A stretch of 63,921 bases of DNA, filler included, from Reticulomyxa filosa (Eukaryota > Protista > Foraminifera), in NCBI GenBank assembly GCA_000512085.1. It is 19 parts of 19 records of this genome, joined end to end, with 100 filler letters (N's around TTAATTAATTAA, not from the genome) between each part and the next. Parts side by side here need not be neighbours in the genome. Positions count along the whole stretch, not along the records: positions 37,620 to 40,928 come from ASPP01019186.1; positions 41,029 to 44,379 come from ASPP01000356.1; positions 44,480 to 46,046 come from ASPP01012139.1; positions 46,147 to 49,149 come from ASPP01023786.1; positions 49,250 to 51,043 come from ASPP01001023.1; positions 51,144 to 52,340 come from ASPP01029311.1; 13 more parts are not named here. One strand, 5' to 3'. The first letter of the stretch is position 1, and the number at the start of each line of letters is the position of its first letter. Both the position numbers and the translations under genes were made by a program. The notes beneath the pieces are model-generated. The model did not search any database and was not told where the DNA came from. It worked only from the letters and a program-made list of their open reading frames with translations. Shown in pieces: positions 39,801 through 52,440 of the stretch.

Positions 39801-40327
39801 ATGTCTTCATCTACCAATGAAAAAAACCCTCCAGCACAGAAAGTAGGAGGACGCCGAGTGAAACAACATACCAATAAACTCTCAAGTAAAAATGAGAAGA
39901 ATAATAATGCTCCTGCAGACGCGTTTTTAACTTCCAAGAGTCCTCGTACGTTGACACAACGTTTTTATGTGATGTCCTCCTTTCCTATGGGTATTGTTTT
40001 AAAAAATCAAGCTTTTTTTTTTATGTGTGTACGTCGTTTCGCCACAGAAATAGTAAGCCAGAAAATGCATGAGGTATTTCTTCCGTTTTTGTTACTGAAA
40101 TTGAAGTGAGCTTTAAAAAAAGACAAGAAAACAAACAAAAAAAGACAAAACAAGTATCGGAACCTTGCCCATCCACCAAAATGCCACCCCCCAGAAAGGA
40201 TGCCATCAAACATAAGAATCACATGATCAATCAAGTTTTGTTTGTGTTCCTCGATTTTTTTTGTGCTTTGATGAATTTACATTGGAAATTGGTATTGTTA
40301 TTACTTTAGCCAAGACCAGGATTTTAA
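39801..40327 (+). CDS. DAP1: Death-associated protein 1 (DAP/DAPL1) family homolog
   Basis: N-terminal NPPAQKVGGRRVKQ (cf. HPPAVKAGGMRIVQ) and spliced C-terminal MINQ|PRPGF* (cf. IQQPR). Small multi-exon gene. Confidence 0.7.
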
Positions 40328-41028
40328 CAAATTAACGTGGTGAAGAAATGTTCAAGTTGTTTTGTGACGATTTTTTGGGTTGTGTTCTCTTGTTGGCGAA
40401 CATAGATTAGTTTTTGGTTACCAATGAGTTGAAATAACTTAAAATTTTATGCAATGTTTACACAGTGAAATTTGATTGTCCATCCTCAAAAAACTTGAAG
40501 TGATATTGCCATTTCAACGTTTTTTTCGTTTTCATCTCTTTCCAAGTTGTGAACGTAGAACCCATCGTGGTCAAACTTGTTCCAAATGAAAGTTTTTATA
40601 AAATGAGATCTTAGTAGTCAAAATTATACTACAAATTTTGCTACAGCAAAATATTACAAAAATTGATAAAACACAAAAGTAGTTTTTATGCTGAATTTTT
40701 AATGGAAGAAAATGCCACAAGTTATGATGATTTGTTTGCTCTAGAGAAAGTTTTGTTGATGAATTGTTTGGAGTTTGTTATTAAATAAGCGATCACGCAG
40801 TAATAAGACTTTCTTTAATAATTGCATAATCTGATTTTGTTTGATCTGATGACAATAACAATTATTTGAATCTTCAAAACACTTGAAAGGATATATCGTT
40901 TTTTTTGCATTGAATAGAAGTAGAAGTANNNNNNNNNNNNNNNNNNNNNNNNNNNNNNNNNNNNNNNNNNNNTTAATTAATTAANNNNNNNNNNNNNNNN
41001 NNNNNNNNNNNNNNNNNNNNNNNNNNNN

Positions 41029-41270
41029 TGGAAAACAAATTCAATCTTTAGAAGGTCATTCACGTTCTGTTACTTCTGCTCAGTTTTCATTTGATGGTAG
41101 CAAAATTGTATCTGGTTCAAGGGATAAAACCATTCGATTATGGGATGCATCATCTGGAAAACAAATTCATTCTTTAGAAGGTCATTCAAGTTATGTTTAT
41201 TCTGTTCAATTTTCACCTGATGGTAACAGAATTGTATCAGGTTCACATGATAACACCATTCGTTTGCATG
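41029..41270 (+). pseudogene. WD40 repeat fragment
   Basis: Two near-identical repeats LEGHS..V.S.QFS.DG..IVSGS.D.TIRL, then loss of similarity. Confidence 0.7.
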
Positions 41271-43965
41271 ATTCGTCTTTCGCTCGCGTTGCAGGCATAT
41301 CTGATGTTTCGAGTAATTCAATTTTGGTTCGTTTTTCTGCAGATGACAGAAAATTTTTATCAGATTTGCAAGATAAAAAGTTCTTATGGAAATGCATTTG
41401 GCAAGGTGGTTGCTCTGGTTTGTCACTGAAGGGCAGTACTTGGAAAGATGCAAAAGGTGTAACACTTTTGCAGATGTCAGTTGTTGAACAACATGGTGGA
41501 ACTTTTTGATCTTTTTTTTCTTATAAAAAATGGTTATTTTGGAAGTTTGTTTGTTATGTTTTTTTTTTACTTGAGTAGCACTCATTTTTTGCTTGTACAT
41601 TTGATTGGAAATGACCACATTGAGACTAGTGGAAAATTTTGCAGCCAAAATAACTGCCCAGCTGACAATTCTTTGATCTTTCGCAAATGTTATTTGAATT
41701 TTATGTACGTGTCAATAATTACAATATTACCTTGATAATTTTCAAGTGTGTTCTTCGTTCAATTCGATACAGCTTAACAATCAAAATGTGATTGTGAAAC
41801 ACTGCTGAATGCGTGTAAATGCAATTTCAGTCAAAATTTTGGGCGCGTTTATGTCAAACAATCGAACGAGCAGCTGTAACATGTCAACATTCAATAAAAT
41901 TATATTCAAATGCATATGTGCATTAGATTTGATGAAAGGAGCGCCGACAACATTCACGTAGGATATTTTCAACTAACGACCCAATAATAGTTTGCAGTGT
42001 ACGTGTTGTGACTGATACTAAGTCAGTCATACTTTTTATCTTGACAAGCTACTTCATCCTTGGTACTAGTATTCGATTGCATTTCACAAATTGCTTCTAC
42101 ATTAGTTTGCAAAAAACTTTACACCAAAAAAAAAAGTGGTATTTGACTGTATATCTTTATTGAAAAGAGCTAAAGTAAAAATAATTTTGTAGATACATAG
42201 AACAAATCACAGACTATCTTTATTTCTTGCATTTATTTGAAAGGTTATACATTAAATTTTTTAGCTGATTTTTACAATATGCTTTTTTTTTAACAAAAAA
42301 TTTTTTTATTAAACTGTAAAGAAAATAATCCATTTAACAAACGTTTACACTTGTGTTTAAAGACGCTTTTATGTGTGATGCACGGATATGCTGTCAGTTT
42401 TTTCCAGTTCTCTTTGTATGTCCTTTATCGTTCCACACTTATCAGTTACAACATCTGACCACTCGTATACGCATTTTATCACTCAAAATAGATTTTCTTC
42501 ATAACCCATGCTTTCTGTTGATACTGCCGTTTGTTTAAAACGTTTTCTTTAATTTTGGACATCCAAAAGCATTTGCACAACTCTTCTCTTTGTAAATTCA
42601 TCACCTTGCTTCTCCATAATGATTTTTACTTTTTTCTGTGTTTATTTTGCGTTAAATACTTTAATATTAGTCAGTATAATTCATTTTAAACTTTATTTGT
42701 TTGATAAGATAGTTTTTCTTAACACTAAACCCCTGAGGAAAAAAAACGCAGAACTTTTCAAATAAATGCAAGATATAAGATAGTACAACATATATGAATA
42801 TAGTCTGTGATTTGTTCTAGTATCTACAATAGTACGGAGATAAATTTAAGTATGAAAAGGACAACAACTACGACACTTGGAAAAATACAAAAAATTTTGA
42901 TTCAGTATAGGAAAAGAAAGAAGCAAGACAACAAACGAACAAACGAACGGACAAACATAGACAAAAAGATTACAGTCAATTTTGACTTTATTATCGACAA
43001 TGTTGAAAATTGCAATTTATGAGTTGAAGACTTGTTTTATAAGTGAATTTAAGTTATACAAAATAAACAAACAAATAAGCAAACAAAATAAAAAATTGGA
43101 CAAAAACATTACTATTTGCGATATTATTAAAATTACACTGCAAGAAAAAGTAAAGTTGATGATGATATTATTCGAATGTCATATCCCATGCATTCATCAA
43201 GACAAGTAATAATTTTAACTCAAGATGAAAGAAATAAAATAAACCACATTTCAGAACAAATGAAATATGTTGAAACTCAGTTTGCTAAATTAAATAATCA
43301 TTTCCGAACAGCCAAAAAAGATTTAACTGATTTTTACATAAAACTAGTTATTACAATTGAAGTCCGGAAAAATAGTACATTGAAAATTTTGGATAATTAT
43401 AACGAAAATAAAAAAAAGATTTGACCCACTGTTGAATCAACTGCAATCGATTAAAAAAAATTTTCAATCAAAACAATATTTAGTGATAAAGTGGACTTAT
43501 TACCACAAAGTTAATAAATAGCTCTCATTTTTTTCCTTCCATCCACAGTGGTTGTGTGTATTTGTGAATGTGTAATTATGTGACTAAATGAGATTGTTGA
43601 TGTATATTTGTATGCTTCCTTCTTAATATCAAGTGAAGCTTTAGTGCTTCAGCTGTAAGTATTATATACTTGCTACTGGTAGGCTTAAGTGCCTCAGTAT
43701 CAAAAAATCTTATTTGTTAATATATTTTTGTTATTTTTCAAATTTATAAAAATTAGTATGTTAAAGTTTTTTCAAGTGTTACAATCTTTTTAAAAATTCA
43801 CATTCATTTGATACTGTCGAATTGAAAAAAGTTATTATTCTGCACAATTAATACAAACATATTACATATCCACGCAGATAAAAATTTTTAAAAAAAGAAT
43901 TTGTTGATCGTTGGTGTTCATATGCAATCCTCTGAAGCGACAACCAAAAAATCTTTATTTTGGAA

Positions 43966-44379
43966 TTATAATGGAATACAAAATAAATTTGACACCTAAA
44001 ACGGCACATTGTATATATGATTGATTTTCTACATGAAAAAACAACATTTAGACTGTGGAGAGTCTACAGCGAAGAGCTTCACTAAATGTAATACGAAATA
44101 GTGTTACTTTCAATGAGAGTGACTTTCATTAAACAAAGTAAATTAAAGAATAAATCAAAGACAAAAGAATTAAGAGAGAAAACAAGTAAGAGATAGTTTG
44201 TTGATGAGGTTTAACCCAAAGTGAGCTCATCAGTTCCATAAGCGTTCAGCCATGTGTGATAAGGGCTTGCCCTACAAGACATAATCTCTTTCTAGAAAAT
44301 TTTCAAAAAATCAATAAAATATTCAAATTTTTTAAACAATTATGAAAGATTTAATAAAAAACCAAAATGATATTTAAAA
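43966..44379. mobile_element. MITE-like TIR repeat interrupted by a solo LTR
   Basis: Homologous to 23946-24141 on both sides of the LTR. Confidence 0.6.
44054..44276 (+). mobile_element. Solo LTR (223 bp) with 4-bp TSD AGAC
   Basis: agac|TGTGGAGAG...CTTGCCCTACA|agac. A single AGAC is present at the homologous empty site (24031-24034). Confidence 0.85.
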
Positions 44380-44479
44380 NNNNNNNNNNNNNNNNNNNNN
44401 NNNNNNNNNNNNNNNNNNNNNNNTTAATTAATTAANNNNNNNNNNNNNNNNNNNNNNNNNNNNNNNNNNNNNNNNNNNN

Positions 44480-44487
44480 AATAAAAA

Positions 44488-44518
<31 letters not shown>

Positions 44519-45843
44519 TAACAAATGATTTCTTCCGGGATTGCGACGTGATTGCACTGAAAAAGCCATTATTTTGGATGTCATTTTGGTCCGACTGTGA
44601 GATGCGTTTCGCACTCGACCTTTTTTTAATCAGACTCACAGAGGACGCGTTTGGACGAGTACCGTATTGGCGACATAGGAAGATATACTTCCAGTCCGCT
44701 TCGTCAAACAGGATGCGCAGTTCCAACCCTGTGGATGGGATGACGCAGTGCACAACCACTAAGCCGTCACGCGCTTTCGTCACTTCGAATATGCCCAAGT
44801 CATTCGTATACAATGAAGCATTCAGGTTGTCCTTATCATTTTCGCACATGTACTGCCACACCGCCAAGCAACGTGCTCTCCAACTTTGTTTGTAAGCTTT
44901 TTTTTTTCAAATCAATAAAAAAAGGGAAATAAAGAAAATACAAGTATAAAAATAGAAATATATACATATACACATATATATATATACATATATATAGATA
45001 TATATATATGTTTATATATGTATATAATAAATTAAATTATATTGTATTATATACATATATAGAATAAAACCTGGATCAACAATTTTATTCCAGCTTCTCG
45101 AATCATGGAATGGCTTTGAGAAAAGTCCAAAGACAAACATCTTCATTGAAATTTCGATTGTGAAAATGAGCACAAATCCGATATCAAACCAATGAAGTAT
45201 CTTGTAACTCAGCGAGTGTGTGTCTTTCAAATTTTGATAGTTATAAAAGCCGAAGAATACTGCATTTAACACGATGATGAAATCCAAAATCACATTAAAG
45301 TACTTTTTTTTTTTTTTTTTTTTTAATGTTTAGAAAAACACAAGAATATTACATCAATTATATGTATATGTATGTAGATGTATATATACATATAAATGTA
45401 AACCCCTTTGGCATAAACTGAGTTGGTGATCAAGCGTTGCAATTTTTTTCGGAATGGATGGTTGATTCCAAAGTAAAACAGCGAATAGCCGTAAATGACG
45501 GTTTGGTCTCTGTGCCAAAACAAGTAATTCCATATTCGACGACGCACCAATTCCTTTATTTGGGAGCGAGTATTCAAACAGATTCATATCGCCACATTAC
45601 ATATATGCACATATTACACACGCACGCACACAAGCGAGAACTTTGGATGAAGTAGGATGGTACCTGTCTTCTTTCGTTTACTTCGGTATGCAATATCTGT
45701 TTGAGGTCTTCTTCGCTTACTTGCAACGCCGCTTTTACCCGAATGGCTTCTGCTTGTGGCAATATGTACTGCAGGATTTCATTGTCTTCACTCTTTTTTT
45801 TTTTTTTTAAACAATGGAGTGAGGAACATTGCAACTTAATCAC

Positions 45844-45874
<31 letters not shown>

Positions 45875-46006
45875 CTTCATGTGAATTCATGGTGGTCAAG
45901 GTGAGCGCAATAAAGATCTGACGGATAAACACTTGTCCAAACAGAATGGTTGCGATCAAAAAAATCAAAGCAGATACAGGTGCATTGTTGAAGAGGTTTT
46001 GTCTAG

Positions 46007-46046
<40 letters not shown>
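44480..46046 (-). CDS. Voltage-gated cation (Cav/Nav-like) channel fragment, pre-S1, S1 and S2
   Basis: YSLFYFGINHPFRKKLQRLITNS|YFNVILDFIIVLNAVFF...FDIGFVLIFTIEISMKMFVFGL. Confidence 0.75.
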
Positions 46047-46146
46047 NNNNNNNNNNNNNNNNNNNNNNNNNNNNNNNNNNNNNNNNNNNNTTAATTAATT
46101 AANNNNNNNNNNNNNNNNNNNNNNNNNNNNNNNNNNNNNNNNNNNN

Positions 46147-47193
46147 AAACGAACACTTTTATCATCTGATCCAGATAATATTGTATTTGAACCACCAATA
46201 TTTACTAATTCGTTTGATCCATATTTTATACTATTCACATAATTTTTATGTCCTTTAAATACAATAATCTGTTTGGTTGTTTCAATATCCCAGATACAAA
46301 TCCTTTTATCCCATGATCCAGAACAAATTGTATATCCATTTCCACCAATCACACCAATATTATTACTTTTACTACTGTTAGTACTGCTTTGCAACGGTGA
46401 AATACATACACACCAAACACCACGTTTATGTCCACTGAAAACGTGCAACAATTTAGATGATTCGACGTCCCATAAGCCAACTGTTTTGTCAAATGACCCA
46501 GAACACAAGTATTGACCTCCATTAAACGGTGAAAATTCAATTCCACCAACACCATTAGTGTGCCCATTGAATATTTGCAGTTGTCGATTGTGTTTGAAAT
46601 CCCAAAAACGAATGGTTTTGTCAAATGATGAAGAACAAATTATATTTTGATGATTATTATGGTAATGATATGGTGAAAATTTCACACAATACACATAACC
46701 TGAATGCCCATTGAATGATTGGATTTTTTCGTTTGTATCTGTATTCCATACACAAACAGTATTATCATGTGATCCAGAACAAATAAATTGGTTGTCATCG
46801 AATATTGAATAATCAATACTCCACACATAGCCGTTATGTCCAGTGAATGTATTGAATAATTTGACGATGAGACAAACTTTTCGAACATTATAAAAGTAGT
46901 TATCTGTGTTAATAGTGATTGTGAATGATAAAAATAAATATTTGAATAAAAACAAAAAAACGTAACATAATTGACAATAATTTTGTCAAAATCTTTAATC
47001 CATCCAAATTTTACGTGTAATATTCGAATCAAATGTCTAATAATTAATTGTATTTCTTCTTCGTGCTGATCCAATTACAAATAATATATAATAAAAACAA
47101 TAAAACCTAAAAAATCAACTTTTGAAAGTTCGAAAATGAGCTTACCAGGAATAATTGCGTTGAAATTTGTTTTTTCTTAATAACGTTGGTCAT
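46147..47193 (-). CDS. Leader + 33-aa box + WD40 family protein (3' truncated; 1-nt frameshift near 46860)
   Basis: Exons 47193-47146 and 47065-46967, then a WD40 exon from about 46903. Confidence 0.75.
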
Positions 47194-47315
47194 TTTTTTG
47201 AGATTATCTTAGATGATGAAAGATGAAAAATTTAACTTTTTTTAATATTAATGAACGGACCCTCTCAATGAGGATAAAATTTTGCAAAATTTAAACAAGT
47301 GTCCAGTAGTCTTTG

Positions 47316-48737
47316 CTAGATAAAAAAAATTTGGTGATTTTGGGATACAAAAAGGACTATCCACCAAATATGAATTAGACCATTATTTGAGCCATAACAC
47401 AAATTAACACTACAGCAATTATTATTACTTTTTCGGCTCTTTTTTAATTGTAAAAATTTAAAACACATTATTCCACCATCTTTTACGTCGTCTCCTTTAA
47501 GTACATATAATTCATTCTTATTTGATCGAATATCCCAAAAACGAATTGTATTATCATCAGATCCAGAGCATATAACATTTGAATTACCACTAACTTCAAT
47601 ATTGTTTACTACAAATGGTGAATATTCAACAGCCCACACAGTGTGTGTATGTCCATTAAATCTTGGATTTGTTGACTAGATCGAATATCCCACATACGAA
47701 CACTTCTATCTTGTGAACCAGATAATATTGTATTTGTTAATTCATTTGATCCATATTTCACAATCCTAATCCAATTTATATGTCCTTTGAATACATTAAA
47801 TTGTTTGGTTGTTTCAATATCCCATACACAAACAGTTTTATCATATGATCCAGAACACACTGTATATCCATTACCACCAATCACACCAATACTATTGCTT
47901 TTGTTATTATTTTTATCGTTATTGCTTTGCAATGGTGAAATATCAATACACCAAATAGAATCTGTATGTCCATTGAAAACATGTAATGACTTGTATGTTT
48001 CAATATCCCATAAACAAATATTTTTGTCATATGATCCAGAACACAAATATCTACCACCACTAAATGGTGAAAATTCAATGCTACAAACGCCATCAGTATG
48101 CCCATTGAATATTTGCAATTGTTGATTATGTTTGAAATCCCAAAAGCGAATGGTTTTATCTAATGATGAAGAACAAATGACATAACAACGATGTTTATGG
48201 TAATGATATGATGAAAACTTTGCACAATACACAAAATTTGAATGTCCATTGAATAATTCAATTTGTTTGGTTGTATTTACATCCCATACACGAACTGTAT
48301 TATCAGATGATCCAGAACAAAGCAAGTCATTATTATCAAATGTTGAATAATCAATATTCCATACATAATCGGTATGTTTATAAAAAGTCTTGAGTAGTTT
48401 GGATGATACACAAAACGTTTCAAACATGAATACTGTAATTGTCTATTTTAAATAATAATTTAGAATAAAAAAATATCTAAATATTTTGATTTACATTGAA
48501 TAAAATAAATAAGCAAAAAACATAACATAGTCGATGACAAGTCTATCAAAGTCATGGATCCACCCTAATTTGATCTCTAATACTCGGATCCAATGTTGAA
48601 TAATTTTTTGAGTATCTTCTTCCGACTGATTCAATCACAAATTACACACAGTAGATATGACAGACGTATAAAGACAACAAACTGAAGCTTACCAATGTTA
48701 TTTGAATTGAAGTTTGTTTTTCATTGACAAGATTCAT
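47316..48737 (-). CDS. Leader + 33-aa box + WD40 family protein (frameshift near 47660; possible pseudogene)
   Basis: Exons 48737-48693, 48625-48527 and 48442 onward. Tandem paralog of 46147-47193. Confidence 0.75.
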
Positions 48738-48929
48738 TTCTTTTATCTCTTGAGATTTTCTTTAATGATGTAAGAAGAAAAAAATGTTCAAGCTTTTTAG
48801 ATCAAAATTAGTGAAGGGACTGTGAAAACGGAACTTAACAACACTTGGTTTTTTTTAAAAGTTTCTTTTCACAAAACAGCAGTAGTTGATAATTTTGCTT
48901 ATTTTTTTCTTTATTAGTTTTTATTATTT

Positions 48930-49140
48930 TTTGTCCTTGATTATTTCTAATTTGATACAAAGCAATGATATTATATATCATTATCAGTTGGTAAAATATC
49001 ATGCTTAATACATTAAAATATATTTAAATCAAACACACTAACATTCTTTGGCCTATAAGTGATACATAACAAATGATTATTGCTTTCACCAATGACTGTA
49101 CGCACTCCATTATAAAAGTGATCTCCGGTAGTAATTAGAT
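48930..49140 (-). pseudogene. Kelch-like family remnant
   Basis: GVRTVIGESNNHLLCITYRPKNVSVFDL...HDILPTDNDI*YHCFVS, paralogous to 29745-29905, with stops. Confidence 0.7.
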
Positions 49141-50993
49141 GACTACTATNNNNNNNNNNNNNNNNNNNNNNNNNNNNNNNNNNNNNNNNNNNNTTAATTA
49201 ATTAANNNNNNNNNNNNNNNNNNNNNNNNNNNNNNNNNNNNNNNNNNNNAAAAAAAAAATAATAAAACAATTGCATATATATGTATACACATATACATAT
49301 ACTTTTTTGATAATTGAAAAAATTAATGAAATGACTTGTGACGAACGACGAGTTGCTGTTACGTGCGTTGTTTAAATCGACTTGCAAGAGATAATATTTG
49401 TGTTTAATACCAAGTTTGTCTGGTGAAAGACACTGCTGTAGTGGCTGCATGACTACACATCTGGGGTATATCACAAGATCTTGATTGATCTTTGTGTGTT
49501 TGATATTGGTAGCTTGTGCGGAAATATTGTAACATTGCAAAGAATCGCGGATGCGTAAAAGAATATAGATCCAAAAGCAGCGTAGTCATTGTAGTCACCT
49601 GTAAAGAAAGTAAAAGATTTGGACAGTTGTGATAACTATTACGTCGAATCGCAGACTGTGCGATTCAATAACAATATGAATATTGATGACACTGCTAGTC
49701 TGCTTGCGGAACTGGACGCAGAAAAAAAGCTATGATATCAAAGAAATCAAAAAAGAACTAATTATTGTAATAATCACTATCAAAAACAATATCTGAAAAG
49801 AAAGTTCCAAACTTTTACTGCAAATGCCAAAAAGACTTCATTGGAAGATAACATTATTCACACAACACTTGTACAATGTCTAGCCCAAATTGTTCAAAAT
49901 TGAAATTTTGAAAGCACAAAGACATGAAACTTTGCGTGTCTGTCTAGTTCAAGATGAAAAAAAATTAAAATAAAAATGAGAAAGCAGCAGAACAGATAGT
50001 AGATTGTGTGAACATTTCTTTGCTGCCAAGGTTTTGGCTCAAAACAAAAAGACATATGAAAATTTACGAAATTAAATTTTGTTTTTTGCATCTATATGTA
50101 CACATACATAGTATATGTGTACAAAGAAAATAAATTATCTATATAATGTGCTTCTTTTTGAAAATGATAATGTACATTCAACAACGCCATAATTTCATCA
50201 GTTGGCTTATCGATTTAGTTACGAAAAACGAAAAGATAAATATAGTGAAATAGCATAATCAGAGATGAAGAAAATTTAAACGTTAAACAATAAAGCAAAA
50301 AAAGTAATGAAAAATACTACATTAAATGATGAAAATATTTTTAAGAATATATCATAAATATTAGTTTGATGATTTTTGTCAGATATCACTACACTTGTAA
50401 TGACATCAGTGAATTGAATAGGTTGGCAAAAAATCGTAATCGAAAAATCAAATCAAATAATTTATTACATATTTGGAGAACATTGTATGTGTATTTTCGT
50501 TAATAAGAAAATAAATTATAAGAAAAAAGATAAAAAATTACAAAAGAAGAATGAAATGTGTGATATGCAGCTGAACAATAACAAAGAAGAAAACATGAAG
50601 TTTAAGATCATAATGTCAATATATTTGCACTTTTGATATAATCTCTCCAAGTGACGTGAAGACAAACATTTGGATACATATAATTTAAATATAATAAATA
50701 TTTGAACATAAAAAATTTGAATTAGATATAGACTAATTAATTGTCATATGTAGAAAAATAATTATTCTAAAGAAGAAAACAATCATTAAACGAAAATTGA
50801 ACAATAAAGAAAAAAAATAAATTCAAATTTGTACAATCAGAAACATATATCATATATTATGTGCAGTAGTCTATATTTGCATATCAAGCAACACTCATTC
50901 AAACTTAATAATATAATTCGAGTATCGTTAAGTCAGTAATTGGTTATTGTATCTTAAAGTTCTGTCAAAAAGATATAAACATTATCACAATAG

Positions 50994-51043
50994 TACAGTA
51001 GATTGCAAAAAAAAACTGCCATACCTAAATGGCACTATATGAA
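50994..51043 (+). mobile_element. TIR end of MITE-like family (TA|CAGTAGA...)
   Basis: TACAGTAGATTGCAAAA...ACCTAAATGGCAC aligns with the starts of the 23946 and 43966 repeats. The contig ends within it. Confidence 0.45.
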
Positions 51044-52179
51044 NNNNNNNNNNNNNNNNNNNNNNNNNNNNNNNNNNNNNNNNNNNNTTAATTAATTAAN
51101 NNNNNNNNNNNNNNNNNNNNNNNNNNNNNNNNNNNNNNNNNNNTTTTTTTCGAAATATATAAACAGAAAAGTGTTTTCAAGGATATGCATACAAGTTGTT
51201 ATGACGTGATTTTGATAATTAAAATTGTCAAATTATTTATGTAACAAATACTTCGATGTTGATATCAAACTAATGAACAAATAAAAGATATAAATCAATA
51301 TAATATGCAATATTAATCAAAGAAAAAGAATTAACACTTCAATTTTTTCGAAAAAATTAATATTTGGCTTTAATGAAATAAATCAATACAAGATTTACCA
51401 AATTATGATATCTGTTATTACTTTATAATGTTGTTGTTGATACATTATCTCTTTGATGAATAGATTGTTGTTGCTTCCGTGAATGTTATATCCATTATAT
51501 AGCTTGTTCAAGATGTTTCTTTAATTTCCATTTTGGTATATAAAAATTATTTATTGTCTGGTTTCCATTTTCATTTTTTGTTTATTTTCTATTATCTTCT
51601 TTTTATATTTTAGCTCATGTTATATCATTTACTACTTTTTTATATATTTTTTTAAATATTATTGATATAAATTTGTTTGGAGTGTACTTTTTAATCTGGA
51701 TTTTTGTGCTATATGAAACCTTATTCATACGTAAAACAAATTCCAAAAGGGCACTATAAAATTATTTTGTATCGAATAAATGATAATGCGATCGTTTTTA
51801 CTGCATTTCATTAGAATTTTCCTGCAGAAAAAGTATTTTTCGGTTTTTGGAAAACGATATAAACGCAAATGTTATTAAATTATCCAAAGTAAATAATTTT
51901 TTGCAACTTTTGTTGAGACAGTTGCCCCTTAACCCAACGCAAAGGCTTACATTAAGTGAAATGTTGCAAAACGAAAGACAAAACAAAAACAAACAAACAA
52001 ATAAAACCAAACAAAATGAAAATATGAAAGAATTTTCTAATAAATTGAATATTTTTGAAGAATTTTTGCGAAAATAGAATGTTAATCAAAAATGTGTATT
52101 TTGTGTTTTGAGTTCTGGGGGGATCCCAGATGTTATTGAACTAGAAAAAATTTATTTCGAAACTATTGCTATTCATCAT

Positions 52180-52340
52180 CGGCAATGTGCCCAAACTGCG
52201 AGTGCATTTCCCTTTTGGAGGGCCAATCTAATCTTCTGATGCAAAATCTTTTTCGTGTGGTTTAATGTTTTATTCTCGCTATCTGCCAATACCTTCGCCA
52301 GCTTGTTGAAGAAATTTTTTGCTACTCAATGCCAGCCGCA
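52180..52340 (-). mobile_element. 3' end of RLE-type non-LTR retrotransposon ORF
   Basis: GWH*VAKNFFNKLAKVLADSENKTLNHTKKILHQKIRLALQKGNALAV matches the G.w...la...lq.GNa C-terminal signature of restriction-like-endonuclease elements (CRE-like). Confidence 0.6.
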
Positions 52341-52440
52341 NNNNNNNNNNNNNNNNNNNNNNNNNNNNNNNNNNNNNNNNNNNNTTAATTAATTAANNNN
52401 NNNNNNNNNNNNNNNNNNNNNNNNNNNNNNNNNNNNNNNN

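Noticed and set aside
44195-44240. Hammerhead ribozyme/retrozyme in the LTR (minus strand CTGATGAG-stem-TAAAC)
   Set aside because: The required GAAA is TAAA in both copies, and the 25-kb copy reads CGGAGGAG. The plus-strand hairpin explains the motif better.
39049-50937. TAAGTCAGT motif three times in intergenic DNA (39049, 42019, 50929)
   Set aside because: Chosen post hoc, and roughly one occurrence is expected by chance at this composition.
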